Part shown: positions 19,658 to 31,975 of the stretch, piece after piece
Position numbering within the stretch: position 1 is the stretch's first letter
Layout: the number at the start of each line of letters is the position of its first letter
From: an uncultured Acidobacteriota bacterium
Lineage (GTDB): Bacteria; Acidobacteriota; Thermoanaerobaculia; Gp7-AA8
Length of the DNA stretch: 64,000 nucleotides
Reading direction: 5' to 3'
Assembly: GCA_963822445.1 (NCBI GenBank)
Contig: CAWGHO010000001.1
Span: forward strand, 928,001-992,000
The notes under the pieces: model-generated
What the model was told of the DNA's origin: nothing
What the model saw: only the letters and a program-made list of their open reading frames with translations
Database searches by the model: none
Position numbers and translations under genes: made by a program

Positions 19658-21911
19658 GCTTGCAATCTTCCGGAGGGACTCCGTTGCACTCCGCGATTTC
19701 CTGCTCGTCCTTCATGAACCAGGCGACGGTGAAGTAATTCGTCGGCTGGGCGTACATCGCGTTCGCGGACATCTGATTGATGGAGTGCCCGACCGCAACC
19801 GCCGCGGCGACAAACCGGTCGTGATTCCGCTCCTTCTCCACGAAGTACGGATACATCCGCCCCTCGGGCGACTCGTTCTCGTTGACGATGAAGCCCATGT
19901 ACGACCAGGAGATGACCAGATTGCCGATGTTGTTCGCGCCGCGCGTGTAATAGACCTGGAAGCCGGCCGGAACGCCGGCATCGGCCTGTTCCTTCGGCGT
20001 CATCCCGCCGGTGAGCACGTGCATCGGCGCCTGGGGCGGCCACCAGTACGCGTAGTACGTCGGTGGCGTGGGGATGTCGGTCACGGACGTCGCGTTCGGC
20101 GCGGGCGGCAGCGGCGGATCGCTGAAGTTGATGTATTCGATCGAGCACTGATAGAAGTCCGACATCCACGGACCGGACATGCGCTTGGTCAGATCGCCGG
20201 GCTCGCACCCGTCCTGCACCATCAACCACTGGGGCGGCTTTTCCTTCGGTCCGTACTTCGCGTACCAGGTGCCGGTCTCGTCGCCGAGGGTGCTCAGGCC
20301 GTGCTGGCGATACCAAGCCTCGTCCTTGTGAATTTTGATCCGGTACGGCGCCTCCCAGATCACGGGATTGCGCACGGTCCAGGTCACTTCGATGCCCGGT
20401 GACATCGGATGGCCGACGCAGTTGCCGATCGACGCGCGATCGAGCGGATGGACGGCGTTCGGCCACGGCTTCGCCGGACCGGTCGTGAACTTCCCTCTCG
20501 CCCACTGGCTCATGAGGAAGTACTGCGTGCGGGTCAGGCCCATGTACTTGTCCTGATCCTCGTTGGTGACGGAGTTCGATCCGGAATTGAGCGGGACCAT
20601 CGGCACGCGGTTGTGGAAGAGCTGCTGATGCGGCTCGGAGAGCTCGCTCTTCGACGAATCGCGGAAGTAGGAGAAGAAGATCTCGCGATTCCTGCGATTG
20701 GCCTCGGATGCATCGCGCCCGTTGAAGCGAGGATTGGTGAACGCGATCATCGACTGCACGTTGGCCACCCACAGGTAGTCGCCGATGCGCTCGAGGATCG
20801 GCTCCACGTCGCGGTCGTAATTGGCCTGGAAGTTCGGGTTGTAGCCGCCGTAGCGTTCCTGGTCGTACAGATCGGGAACGAGATCGTAGAAACGCGTTCC
20901 GACGTCGAAGGCGATGTCGTCGAGCGTGGAGATGCTGCGCAGCTCCGGCGCGTACTTCGGTGAGCCGACGAGAGCCCATGCCGTGAGCACGATCGGCTCG
21001 GCCTGCCCTTTCAGTTTCAACTTGCACCACACCGGACCGTCGGCGATGTCGTCGAACCAGGTGTCCGCGCCGGTGTAGGTCGCGATCGGAACCTGTCCGC
21101 CAGCGCGCCCAAACCCGCCGCGAACGAGCAGCCGTCCGCTCCTGGCCATCAGGATGTCGCCGAGGGTGTCGATCTCGTAGGGAACGCGCGGGTTCTCGGG
21201 ATCGATCGGAGGAAACGCGCCGTGCGGGTAGTCGGCCGGAATGGTCTTGCGCGAAAAGTCCGCGCGCTCGCCGGCCCTGCGCACGGTGCGCGGTCCCGGG
21301 TCGATGATCAGCTGCTTCTGCCGCTTGCCCTCCCCCTGGATGTACCAGTTGCGAAGGCTGGCATCCTCGGTGGGCGACGGCGGCGTGTCGGGATTCGGGT
21401 AGTAATTCGCGTTGTCGGCGACTGCATTCGGATCGCCGGCGAGATACACGTTCCCGATGAAACCGGCGTTGTTGTACCAGACCGCTTTCTTGTTCGCGAG
21501 ATGCACGGTCCATTCGATGGATTCGACGTCGCCGTCGTTCAGCGTGACTTCGCGGCCGGGATCGTTCGGGTCATTCGAGTCGAATGCGAACACGCGAAAC
21601 TGCGCGGCCTGGCGCTTGATCCGCCCTTCCTCGTCCTTGAACTTCTTCGTGAAGACCGGCCGCCCGCCTTCGATCTTCGGCGTGCCGTCGGCCGTGCATT
21701 CGATGGGCAGTCCGCCGATGGTCTCCGGCTCGAGATAGAACTGATCGGGACTGTTGCCGAGCCGGGCCACCCCGATGGCGGGATGAACGGCGTAACGCGT
21801 CGGACCTTTTTTCTTCGGACGCTTCGCCGGTTGCTGCGCCGCGATCTCCGCGGCCGCCGCTGCTGCGACAGACGTAACGGTGATGAACTTACGCCGGGTC
21901 CACTTGGCCAT
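19650..21911 (-). CDS. LodA/GoxA-family CTQ-dependent amino acid oxidase with Tat signal
   Basis: HPAIGVARLGNS, WTVHLANKKA, WFDDIADGPV, NCVGHPMSPGIEVTW, PGDLTKRMSGPWMSDF and WWPPQAP; N-terminal TRRKFI. Confidence 0.92.
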   Translation of the reverse strand: MAKWTRRKFITVTSVAAAAAAEIAAQQPAKRPKKKGPTRYAVHPAIGVARLGNSPDQFYLEPETIGGLPIECTADGTPKIEGGRPVFTKKFKDEEGRIKRQAAQFRVFAFDSNDPNDPGREVTLNDGDVESIEWTVHLANKKAVWYNNAGFIGNVYLAGDPNAVADNANYYPNPDTPPSPTEDASLRNWYIQGEGKRQKQLIIDPGPRTVRRAGERADFSRKTIPADYPHGAFPPIDPENPRVPYEIDTLGDILMARSGRLLVRGGFGRAGGQVPIATYTGADTWFDDIADGPVWCKLKLKGQAEPIVLTAWALVGSPKYAPELRSISTLDDIAFDVGTRFYDLVPDLYDQERYGGYNPNFQANYDRDVEPILERIGDYLWVANVQSMIAFTNPRFNGRDASEANRRNREIFFSYFRDSSKSELSEPHQQLFHNRVPMVPLNSGSNSVTNEDQDKYMGLTRTQYFLMSQWARGKFTTGPAKPWPNAVHPLDRASIGNCVGHPMSPGIEVTWTVRNPVIWEAPYRIKIHKDEAWYRQHGLSTLGDETGTWYAKYGPKEKPPQWLMVQDGCEPGDLTKRMSGPWMSDFYQCSIEYINFSDPPLPPAPNATSVTDIPTPPTYYAYWWPPQAPMHVLTGGMTPKEQADAGVPAGFQVYYTRGANNIGNLVISWSYMGFIVNENESPEGRMYPYFVEKERNHDRFVAAAVAVGHSINQMSANAMYAQPTNYFTVAWFMKDEQEIAECNGVPPEDCKRD

Positions 21912-21934
21912 CTTTCACCTCACCCCGCGCCGCG

Positions 21935-22366
21935 TCAGCTGAACCGGCGCAGATAAATGACACCGAGGATGCCGAGTGCCGCCGCCATCAGACACTGACC
22001 GGCGAACGACAGGCTTGGGACAAAGGGAGCGCCGGCGTCCGCGACGACGAACGTGCCGCTTCGATCGAACGAGTCATCGAGGTAGACCTCGTATGTGTAC
22101 GTTCCGGCCGGAAGGAAGCCGGCGTCAAGCGTCGTCCGAACGGTAATCGGCGGAATGAGGATGCACGACGATGGAACATCGATCCGAATCACGTTCCCCG
22201 TTCGGGTCATCGTCACGTTCGCGCAGGGATGAAGAGAATCCACGTGGATGAGCACACGCGACTGGGTGGTGGGCGATGCCGGCTCGATCGTCACCGCGAT
22301 GACCTGCGCTGACAACGAGGCAGTCCAGGCGAGCATCAACGCGAGTGCGAGCGTCCTGATCATCAT
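21935..22366 (-). CDS. Secreted hypothetical protein with IPTL-CTERM-like C-terminal anchor
   Basis: Signal peptide; ends VPSLS + TM + LRRFS. Confidence 0.6.
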   Translation of the reverse strand: MMIRTLALALMLAWTASLSAQVIAVTIEPASPTTQSRVLIHVDSLHPCANVTMTRTGNVIRIDVPSSCILIPPITVRTTLDAGFLPAGTYTYEVYLDDSFDRSGTFVVADAGAPFVPSLSFAGQCLMAAALGILGVIYLRRFS

Positions 22367-23939
22367 TTCTTTCCGAACCTTTCGCCGAAATAATCGCCGG
22401 GCTTCCACTTCGGCCGCTCCGCGCGATTCGCGAGCGCGAAACCGAGACGGAAATCGAATTCTGCGAGGAGCAGCGCCGCCGAATAATCGATTCGCTGTTG
22501 CAGGTCATCGCCGGGCGCGTGATAGCGCGTGCGCAGCCACTCCTTGTGCAGCTTCGGCAGATCGATGTTCGGATCTGCGGCTTTGTAGCCGGGATCGACG
22601 TACAGCGCGGGGATGCCCCGCCTCACGAACGGATACTGGTCGCTCCGAACGAACACCACTTCCTCGGGGAACGGATCGGGCGACAGCTCGACGTTCATCT
22701 CCCGCGCGACTTCGCGGGCCACGTCGCCGATCTCGTTCGTCTCGATGCCGATCGGGATGAGGTCCGTCGTGCGCGCGATCATCACCAGCATGTCGATGTT
22801 GATGTTGCCGATGATCGACTCGAACGGAACGGTGGGGTTGTTCGCGAAGTAGTCGGCGCCTCGCAGACCCTTTTCTTCTCCGGTCGTCGCCAGGAACACG
22901 ATCGACCGCTTCGGTTTCTCGGGCAGTTCCGCGAAGGCGCGAGCGATCTCCAGCAGGACCGCGGTACCGGAGGCATTGTCGAAGGCGCCGTTGTTGATCC
23001 TGTCGCCATTCACCGGCTCGGTGATGCCGATGTGATCGAGGTGCGCGGAGTAAACGAGATATTCGTCGCGCAGCTTCGGATCGGAGCCGCGCACGACGCC
23101 GACGACGTTCGGACTGGTCAGCGGGCGATGCTTGCTGAGGAGATGAATCCGCGCGCGGGTCCGCAAAGACTTCGGCTTCGGCGTCCCTTTCTCCTGCGCC
23201 GCGAAGATCGCATCCGCGTCTTTGCCGAGGAGATTGCGTGTCGCGTCGAGGCTGATCGTGACGTTGCTACTGAGGCGAGGGTCGACGCCCTGCAGCGTTT
23301 CATCGGCACGGCGCCAGTGCATCGATCCCAGTCGCGCGCCGCGCGTTCTGCGCGGCCACGGCGAGCGCAAATCCTCGGTCGGCGTGGTGAGAAAAATCAG
23401 GCCCTTCGCGCCATGTGCGGCCGCGGTCTCGACCTTGTTCAGACTGGAGCTGTAGTGCGCGCGGAGCGCGTTCGGGAACGACGACGGCGCGCCGGAGAGG
23501 ATCGCCACGATCTTCCCTTTCGCATCGATGCTTCCGTAGTCGTCGTGCTTCTTTTCCGGCGCGGTCACGCCGAAACCGGCGAAGACCACTTCCCCTTCGA
23601 TGACCTTGTCCGCGCTGAGCGGATCGCCGGAGGAGGTGAAGCCGTCGAAAATGCGCAGCGTCACCGGTGCTTCGCCGGCGCGGGTGAAGGTGACCGTCGA
23701 GTCGGCGCTGGCGATCGTCTCGCGGAGCGGCACTTCCTGATACCAGTCGCCGTTTACACCGGGCTCCACGCCCGCGATCTCGAACTGCGCCGCGACGTAT
23801 TCCGCGGCGATGCGATAACCGCGAGTCCCTGTCGCGCGGCCCTCGAGGAGATCGCTCGCGAGGAAGGTCATGTGCGCACGAATGGCCTCCGTGCGCGCGA
23901 CCGTTGTCGAAGCGACGAGCGCGAGGACCAGAAACAGAT

Positions 23940-23943
<4 letters not shown>
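22363..23943 (-). CDS. M28 family aminopeptidase with PA domain
   Basis: SDLLEGRATG, SAHLDHIG, GAFDNASG, GEEKGL, RSDQYPF and YHAPGDD. Confidence 0.92.
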
Positions 23944-26052
<2,109 letters not shown>

Positions 26053-26056
<4 letters not shown>

Positions 26057-27923
26057 GCCCGTCGGGCGGAGAGGTCCGCTGCAGCAGAGGTCATGACAGT
26101 TTCCACCGAGTTTTCGTCAGCGTAGAGCTGATCGATGACGCTCTTGTATTTCTTGTCGATGTTCTTCCGTTTGACCTTCAGCGACGGCGTGATCTCGTCG
26201 TCTTCGATGCGTGAAGTCGCGCGGGAGCAGCGCGAAGCGGCGGATCTTCTCCTGCCGGTCGAGGTTCTGATTGAAGCGGTCGATCTCGCCCTGGATGAGT
26301 GCCTTGCGACGCCGTCGTGCTTGACCAGCTCTTCGTTCGATTTCGCGTGGATGCCGAGGGCCTCGGCCGTCGCGCTGCAGCTTCTCGAAGTTCGGAACGA
26401 TCAGCGCGGAGAGGTACTTGCGGCGGTCGCCGATCAGCACCGGCGTGCCGACGTACGGTGAGCTCTTGAGCAACGCTTCGAGCGGCTGCGGCGCGATGTT
26501 CTTGCCGTAGGCGTTGATGATGATGTCTTTCTTGCGGTCGGTGATCTTGAGGAAGCCGTCGCTTGTCGATCTCGCCGATGTCGCCGGTGTGGAACCAGCC
26601 TTCCGGATCGATGGCCTGGGCGGTGGATTCGGGGTTGTTCCAGTAGCCCTGCATGATGTGCGGGCCGCGCGAGAGGATCTCGCCGTCCGCGGCGATCTTC
26701 ACTTCGATGCCCTGGATGATCGGACCGACGCGTGCCGAGGCGCCGCCGCTTCGGGACGGTTGACGGCGATGACCGGCGAGGTCTCGGTGAGTCCGTAGCC
26801 TTCGAGGATCTCCACGCCCGCGCCGATGAAGAACGCGGCGAGTTCTGCGGAGAGCGGCGCGCCGCCGGAGACGACGTACTTCACGTTGCCGCCGAGGCGG
26901 GCGATGATCTTGCGAGAAGACCAGCTTGTCGGCGATGGCGGATTTGACCTTCAGGCCGAGGCTCATCGGCTTTCCTTCGATCCGATGTACGGCAACCGCT
27001 CCTCGGCCACTTTCAGCGCCCAATGGAAGATTTTCTGGCGCGCCGGCGGGCGCGGCGGCGACGTTGTCCATGCACGCGCGAGCGCATCTTCTCGAAGAGG
27101 CGGGGCACGGCCGCGAAGAACTGCGGCTTCACTTCCTGAAGGTTGTCCGCGACCTTGGTGACGTTCTCCGCGTACGCGATACAGCCGCCTTTGTAGAGGT
27201 AGAGGAAATCGACCATCCGCTCGAGGATGTGCGAGAGCGGAAGGATCGACAGAGCGACGTCGCCGGCCTGGAACGGAACGAATTCGCGCACGGCCATCAC
27301 GTTGCTGGTGATGTTGCCGTGCGTGAGCATCGCGCCCTTCGGATTGCCGGTCGTGCCGGATGTGTAGACGAGCGTGGCCAGATCGTCGGGTTTGCGGCGT
27401 CGCGCGCGAGGTCTCGAACCAGGTCGTGCCATGGGACTCCTCGAGCTTGCGCCCGCGATCGACGACTTCCTTGAACGTCAGCACGCCCTCGGGTTGCGGT
27501 GAAGGCGCGTCGCAGACGATGACGTTGTTGAGCGTGGGGACGTGCGAGCGGATCTCCAGGACCTTGTCGAGCTGCTCCTGATTCGAACAGATGACCGCCA
27601 CGGTTCCGGCGTCGTTGAGGATGTATTCGATCTGCCAGCCGAGCAGGGTCGGGTAGACCGGAACGGTGATCGCGCCGAAGCGGAGAGGATGGCGAAGTCG
27701 CCCATCGTCCACTCGGGACGGTTCTCGGAGAGGATGGCCACGCGGTCGCCGCGCTTTACGCCCAGATCGTTGAGCGCCGGTCGAAAGCCAGCGGACGGTG
27801 TCACGGAACTCCGGGAACGGTGACGTCGGCCCACCGCTGCCGCTCTTGTACTTCATGATCGCGGGACGATCGATGGAGCACGTGACGTCGTAGATGTCCG
27901 TTGAGCGTTTTGGGTTCCTGCAT
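26053..27923 (-). CDS. Long-chain acyl-CoA synthetase (FadD-like), several frameshifts
   Basis: [26 protein letters not shown] and GWFHTGDIG in different frames. Confidence 0.88.
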
Positions 27924-27986
27924 GCGTCCCCCTGCCCGATTTCGGTTGAAGCGGGGGGATCATACCCGGTCCGTCGGCACCTCGCG

Positions 27987-29337
27987 CTAGGCGACCTTGA
28001 TCCACTTCCAGAGCTCGGGAATCGTCGGCCGCTTGCCGTACGACAGGATGCCCACCCGGAAGATCTTCGCGGTGACCCAGAAGAAAACGAAGATCGTGGC
28101 GATGGAGACGACGATCGTCACGAGCACGTGCCATAAAGGCGGCTCGGTGACGAGCAATGCGGACGAACATGGTCATCGGCCCGAAGACCGGCGATAACGA
28201 GAACGCGACGGCGAACGGTGCATCTGGATTGAGGACGATCGGCATCATGAGGATCCAGGGCATCATCATGACGATCATGATCGGTCCGATGAACTGCTGG
28301 GCCTCGCGCTCGGTGTTGCAAGCCGCGCCGGCGATCGCGTAGACGCAGACGTAGGTCAGGTAGCCGAGGACGTAGAACAGGAGGAAGTAGACGAACACCA
28401 TCGGCCGGACGAACTGCCCGATGTTGATGTCCGCGACGGCGATCACGGCCGCGCCGAATGCGCCGACCAGGCCCATCATCGTCAGCCAGACGAAGACCTG
28501 GGTCAGGCCTGCCAACGCGAGCCCGAGGATTTTTCCGATGAGCAGCTCGCGCGGCGACATCGAGGAAATCAGCACCTCGACCACGCGGTCCGCTTTCTCC
28601 TGGACGATGCCGCGCATGATGTCCTGGCCGTAGATCAGCGTCGGCAGCACCAGCAACGCTCCGAACAGGAAGGCGAGGATGAAATTCAGCTCTCCGCCCT
28701 TTTTCTGTTCGCCGCTGCGCGAGAGCTGGACTCCGTTGACGGGGACGTCCTGCATGAGGTCATCGATGATGTCGGGGTTCATCCCCTTCTGGGTAAGGCG
28801 CAGACGCTGAATGGCTTTGTTGGCCATGCGCTGCAGACGTTCCTGCACGATCAACTCGGTGGCGGAGCGGCTGTAGTACGTGAACCGCGCGGTCTGGTTG
28901 TCGGTGAGGGCCGTCGGCGGAATGGCGAAAACGCCTTCCAGCTTGTCCGATGCGTCTTTGTCGGCGGCGAGACGGGTAAGGTAGGACTTGTTGCCGGTCT
29001 CCAGGTCTTTCCCGGAGAAATCAATGTATTCGAGATGCAGCTGGGTGGGCAGGTCGGGACCGCGACGGCGGCCGCTGAGGGCCTTCTGCGCTTCCTGCTG
29101 CACGTCCGATTTCTCCGGTTTCTCGTCTTCGGACGGCTTGGTGAAGGCATCCCGCAGTTTGCCGGTGCCGTCGAGGATGGCGATGCGCTTCTGGCCCATT
29201 CCCTTGGCCATGATCAGGCCGGGCACGATCATCAGGCCGGCCATGAGGAACGGGAAGATGAGCGTCATGATGATGAAGCTCTTCTTGCGAACGGTCTGCA
29301 GGTACTCGCGCTTGAGCACGGCGAACATCTTGTTCAT
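27987..29337 (-). CDS. ABC-2 exporter permease (NatB/YhaP-like), frameshift near 3' end
   Basis: MNKMFAVLKREY and EKADRVVEVLISS..PRELLIGK; multi-TM. Confidence 0.88.
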
Positions 29338-30265
29338 ACGGCCACCTCTTCGCTCGCGAGCGTTTCCGCTCCCGACTTTGTCGATGAAGATTTCCTCGAG
29401 AGAGGGGGCGGCGATCTCGAACTTGCGGATGCGCACGCGGGACATGCAGGCCTCGAGGATCGCCTGCGGATCGCCTCCTTCGACGAGGCTGAGCTCCGCG
29501 CCGTGACCGACGATGGAGGCCTTCTGCACGTTCGGGAGGTCGCTGATGAACGCGCCGTCGCCGTCGAAGTCGATGTGGAGGGTGTTCTTCCCGAAGGACC
29601 CCTTGACCTGATCGAGGCTGCCTTCGAGCACGACCTTGCCGCGATGGATGAGGATGATCTCGTCGGCCATGCGCTCGGCCTCGCCCATCATGTGGGTGGA
29701 GAGGAGGATGGTCTTGCCCTCCTGCCGGAGATCGCGCAGGAGATTGCGGACGAGGACCATGTTGACGGGATCGAGTCCGGACTGGGGCTCGTCGAGGATG
29801 ATCAGGTCGGGGTCGTGGAGCAGGGTGCCGATGAGCTGGATCTTCTGCTGGTTGCCCTTGGACAGCTCTTCGACCTTGGCGTCGCGTTTCTCAGTGAGCT
29901 CGAAGCGCTCCAGCCAGTAGTCGATCTTGGGCCGCACGTCGGCGCCGCGCTTGTCTTTGATGGCCGCGAGGAAGACCAGCAGCTCGACGACTTTCATCTG
30001 CCGGTACAGCCCGCGCTCTTCGGGCAGGTAGCCGATGCGGTCGCGGAACGCGTTCGCCGCTTGCCTCACCAGCCAGCCACTGGATCTGACCCGAGTCCGG
30101 CATGAAGATGCCGGTGATCATGCGGATGGTCGTGGTCTTCCCGGCGCCATTCCGGCCGAGGAGGCCGGTGATGGTGCCTTTCCGGACGGTGAACGAAACC
30201 CCATCCACCGCCCGGACATCCCCAAACGTCTTCCGAACATCCCGAACCGCCAAAATATCGGCCAT
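29334..30265 (-). CDS. ABC exporter ATP-binding subunit (NatA-like), frameshifted
   Basis: GRNGAGKTT, IGYLPEERGLY, LSKGNQQK and LDEP. Confidence 0.9.
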
Positions 30266-30316
30266 ACCCATCCTTTGCGAAGCGACGGGTATTGTACGAG
30301 GGCGGGGGCCGGGGGT

Positions 30317-30520
30317 TTAGGGTCGGGGGGGCTGGGGCAGCGTGTCGTTCGTTGAGATACCGAAGAACTTCTGGAGATGCTTGACGATCTTGACGATCTT
30401 TGCAGGAAGGTCCTGTCCCCGATCATCGCGCGGACCGGCGGCGGCTGTGGGCCCCGCGGTTAGAGAAAGAACGACCGTAAAGACAAAAGCAGCAGCTACT
30501 CGTCGAGAAAATGACTTCAT
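30317..30520 (-). CDS. Small secreted peptide precursor (67 aa)
   Basis: AGGAGG RBS just upstream of the ATG; n-region MKSFSRR, h-region VAAAFVFTVVLSL, AxA site; C-terminal DTLPQPPRP. Confidence 0.7.
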   Translation of the reverse strand: MKSFSRRVAAAFVFTVVLSLTAGPTAAAGPRDDRGQDLPAKIVKIVKHLQKFFGISTNDTLPQPPRP

Positions 30521-30567
30521 ACGCCCTCCTGCGGATGGTTAAGCGGGTCGGAGGGCGCGCCCTTGCT

Positions 30568-30598
30568 GTAGGTGTGACGCAGCGCGTCAAATCCCTAC
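30568..30598. promoter_or_regulatory. Dyad upstream of the peptide gene (TGACGC-N3-GCGTCA within GTAGG...CCTAC)
   Basis: Inverted repeat seen directly in the TPR-peptide intergenic region; function inferred. Confidence 0.35.
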
Positions 30599-30622
30599 CT
30601 CAAAGGTTGCGATTTTCCGCGA

Positions 30623-31975
30623 TCAGGCCGGCGGAGGAGGCGCGAAGAGGAGGTTCGGTTGCTGGGGTAAGCGAGTCAGATACTCGCGGACGTGCCGAAC
30701 CAGCTTCGGAGTGGCGGATCGGTTGTGAGCTGCCTCTTTCATCAACGCTAACGCGGTGAGGGCGTGGGCGGTGTACGCCAAACCCTCTGCCTCGAGCAGT
30801 TGGATGGCAGTGCGGCAAATACTCTCTACGCTCTCAAAGTCGGCTTTGTGCGCGAGGAGGAGCTCGGCACGCTCCAGAGCCGCCTCGGTTGCCGAGCCGG
30901 CCATTCCGAAAGAGATGAATTCGGCTGCGATCGATTCGAGGCGCCGAATGGACTCCTCGGCCTGCCCCTCACTTCCCAGCATCGAGGCGATGTTCCATCT
31001 TGCTCGCGTCGCCGCTGGCTGATCTCCGATCAGTTCGAAGAGATCCGACGCAGCTTGTTGATATTGCATCGCCGCTGTCGTCCTACCCAGCCGGAAATTG
31101 CAGTAGCCGAGGTTCCCGAGGATCATCGCGTGAACGCGAGTGTTGCCAGTGCTTCGGACGACGGTCTCCAACGACGTCAACACATCATGGGCGGACGAGA
31201 ACTCGCCGCGGCTGAATTGGAGATTTACTTCCGCGAGTCGCGCTGAGATCTGTCGCGATACGTCACCGAATCTCTCGAAAACGCTGGCGCTCTCCCGCGC
31301 GTGACTCAAGGCGGAGGGGTACTGTTCGAGTTCTCGCTCGACGACGGCGTGGACAATCCCGAGACGGCTCATGTCGTAATCGGCAATGGCGCAAAGAGCG
31401 AAATGGTGGTCGGCGCGGGTGAGAGCTCTTTCGGCCTCCTGATATCGGCCACCGTAAAACAGCGCATACGCCCTCTCCCGCCACGCCGCCCCGCGTAACC
31501 GGGCGACTGTGTCGGAACGATAGCTCGTTGGCTCGAGTTGCTCGGCGATGTTGGTCGCCAGAGCGGTGATCTCCGCGGCGTCGGCCGGCATCGTGTCGAG
31601 AGCGCGATCGGTCGCGGCAATCAACCCCCTCACCACCCCCGCCGTCCGCCACTGCGGGTGCGCGGCCAGGTTCGCCATCCACGTCTCGCGCGGACCAGCG
31701 AGCAGCTCGGCCAGGTATCCCTGGGCGGCGGCGTCTTCGGCGGCCATGGTGTCGGCGAAGGCGCGGAGGGTGGCGATCGTGTTGGGGTTCGGGGCGGTGC
31801 TTACTTCGCGCTGGTTCCAGGTCGCGGCGTCGCGCAGGGCGGTGGTGACCATGCGGAAGTCTTCCAGGCGCTCGGCGCACTCGCCGCAGGCGGCCAGGTG
31901 GGGATCGGAATCCATCACCGGCGCGCCGAGCATCGTCACCAGAGCGTCTTCGTCGTAGTGCCGCTCGACCATCAC
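30623..31975 (-). CDS. Soluble anti-sigma factor: zf-HC2 (ZAS) domain plus TPR repeats
   Basis: HLAACGEC (Hx3Cx2C) at the N-terminus; TPR-like helices (AYALFYGGRYQEA, LGNLGYCNFRLG, WNIASMLGSEGQAEE); no TM; start overlaps sigma stop. Confidence 0.75.
   Translation of the reverse strand: MMVERHYDEDALVTMLGAPVMDSDPHLAACGECAERLEDFRMVTTALRDAATWNQREVSTAPNPNTIATLRAFADTMAAEDAAAQGYLAELLAGPRETWMANLAAHPQWRTAGVVRGLIAATDRALDTMPADAAEITALATNIAEQLEPTSYRSDTVARLRGAAWRERAYALFYGGRYQEAERALTRADHHFALCAIADYDMSRLGIVHAVVERELEQYPSALSHARESASVFERFGDVSRQISARLAEVNLQFSRGEFSSAHDVLTSLETVVRSTGNTRVHAMILGNLGYCNFRLGRTTAAMQYQQAASDLFELIGDQPAATRARWNIASMLGSEGQAEESIRRLESIAAEFISFGMAGSATEAALERAELLLAHKADFESVESICRTAIQLLEAEGLAYTAHALTALALMKEAAHNRSATPKLVRHVREYLTRLPQQPNLLFAPPPPA

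Noticed and set aside
27853-30069. 738-aa ABC ATPase-permease fusion
   Set aside because: A frameshift near 29370 joins two normal genes; the ATPase stop and permease ATG overlap at 29334-29337.
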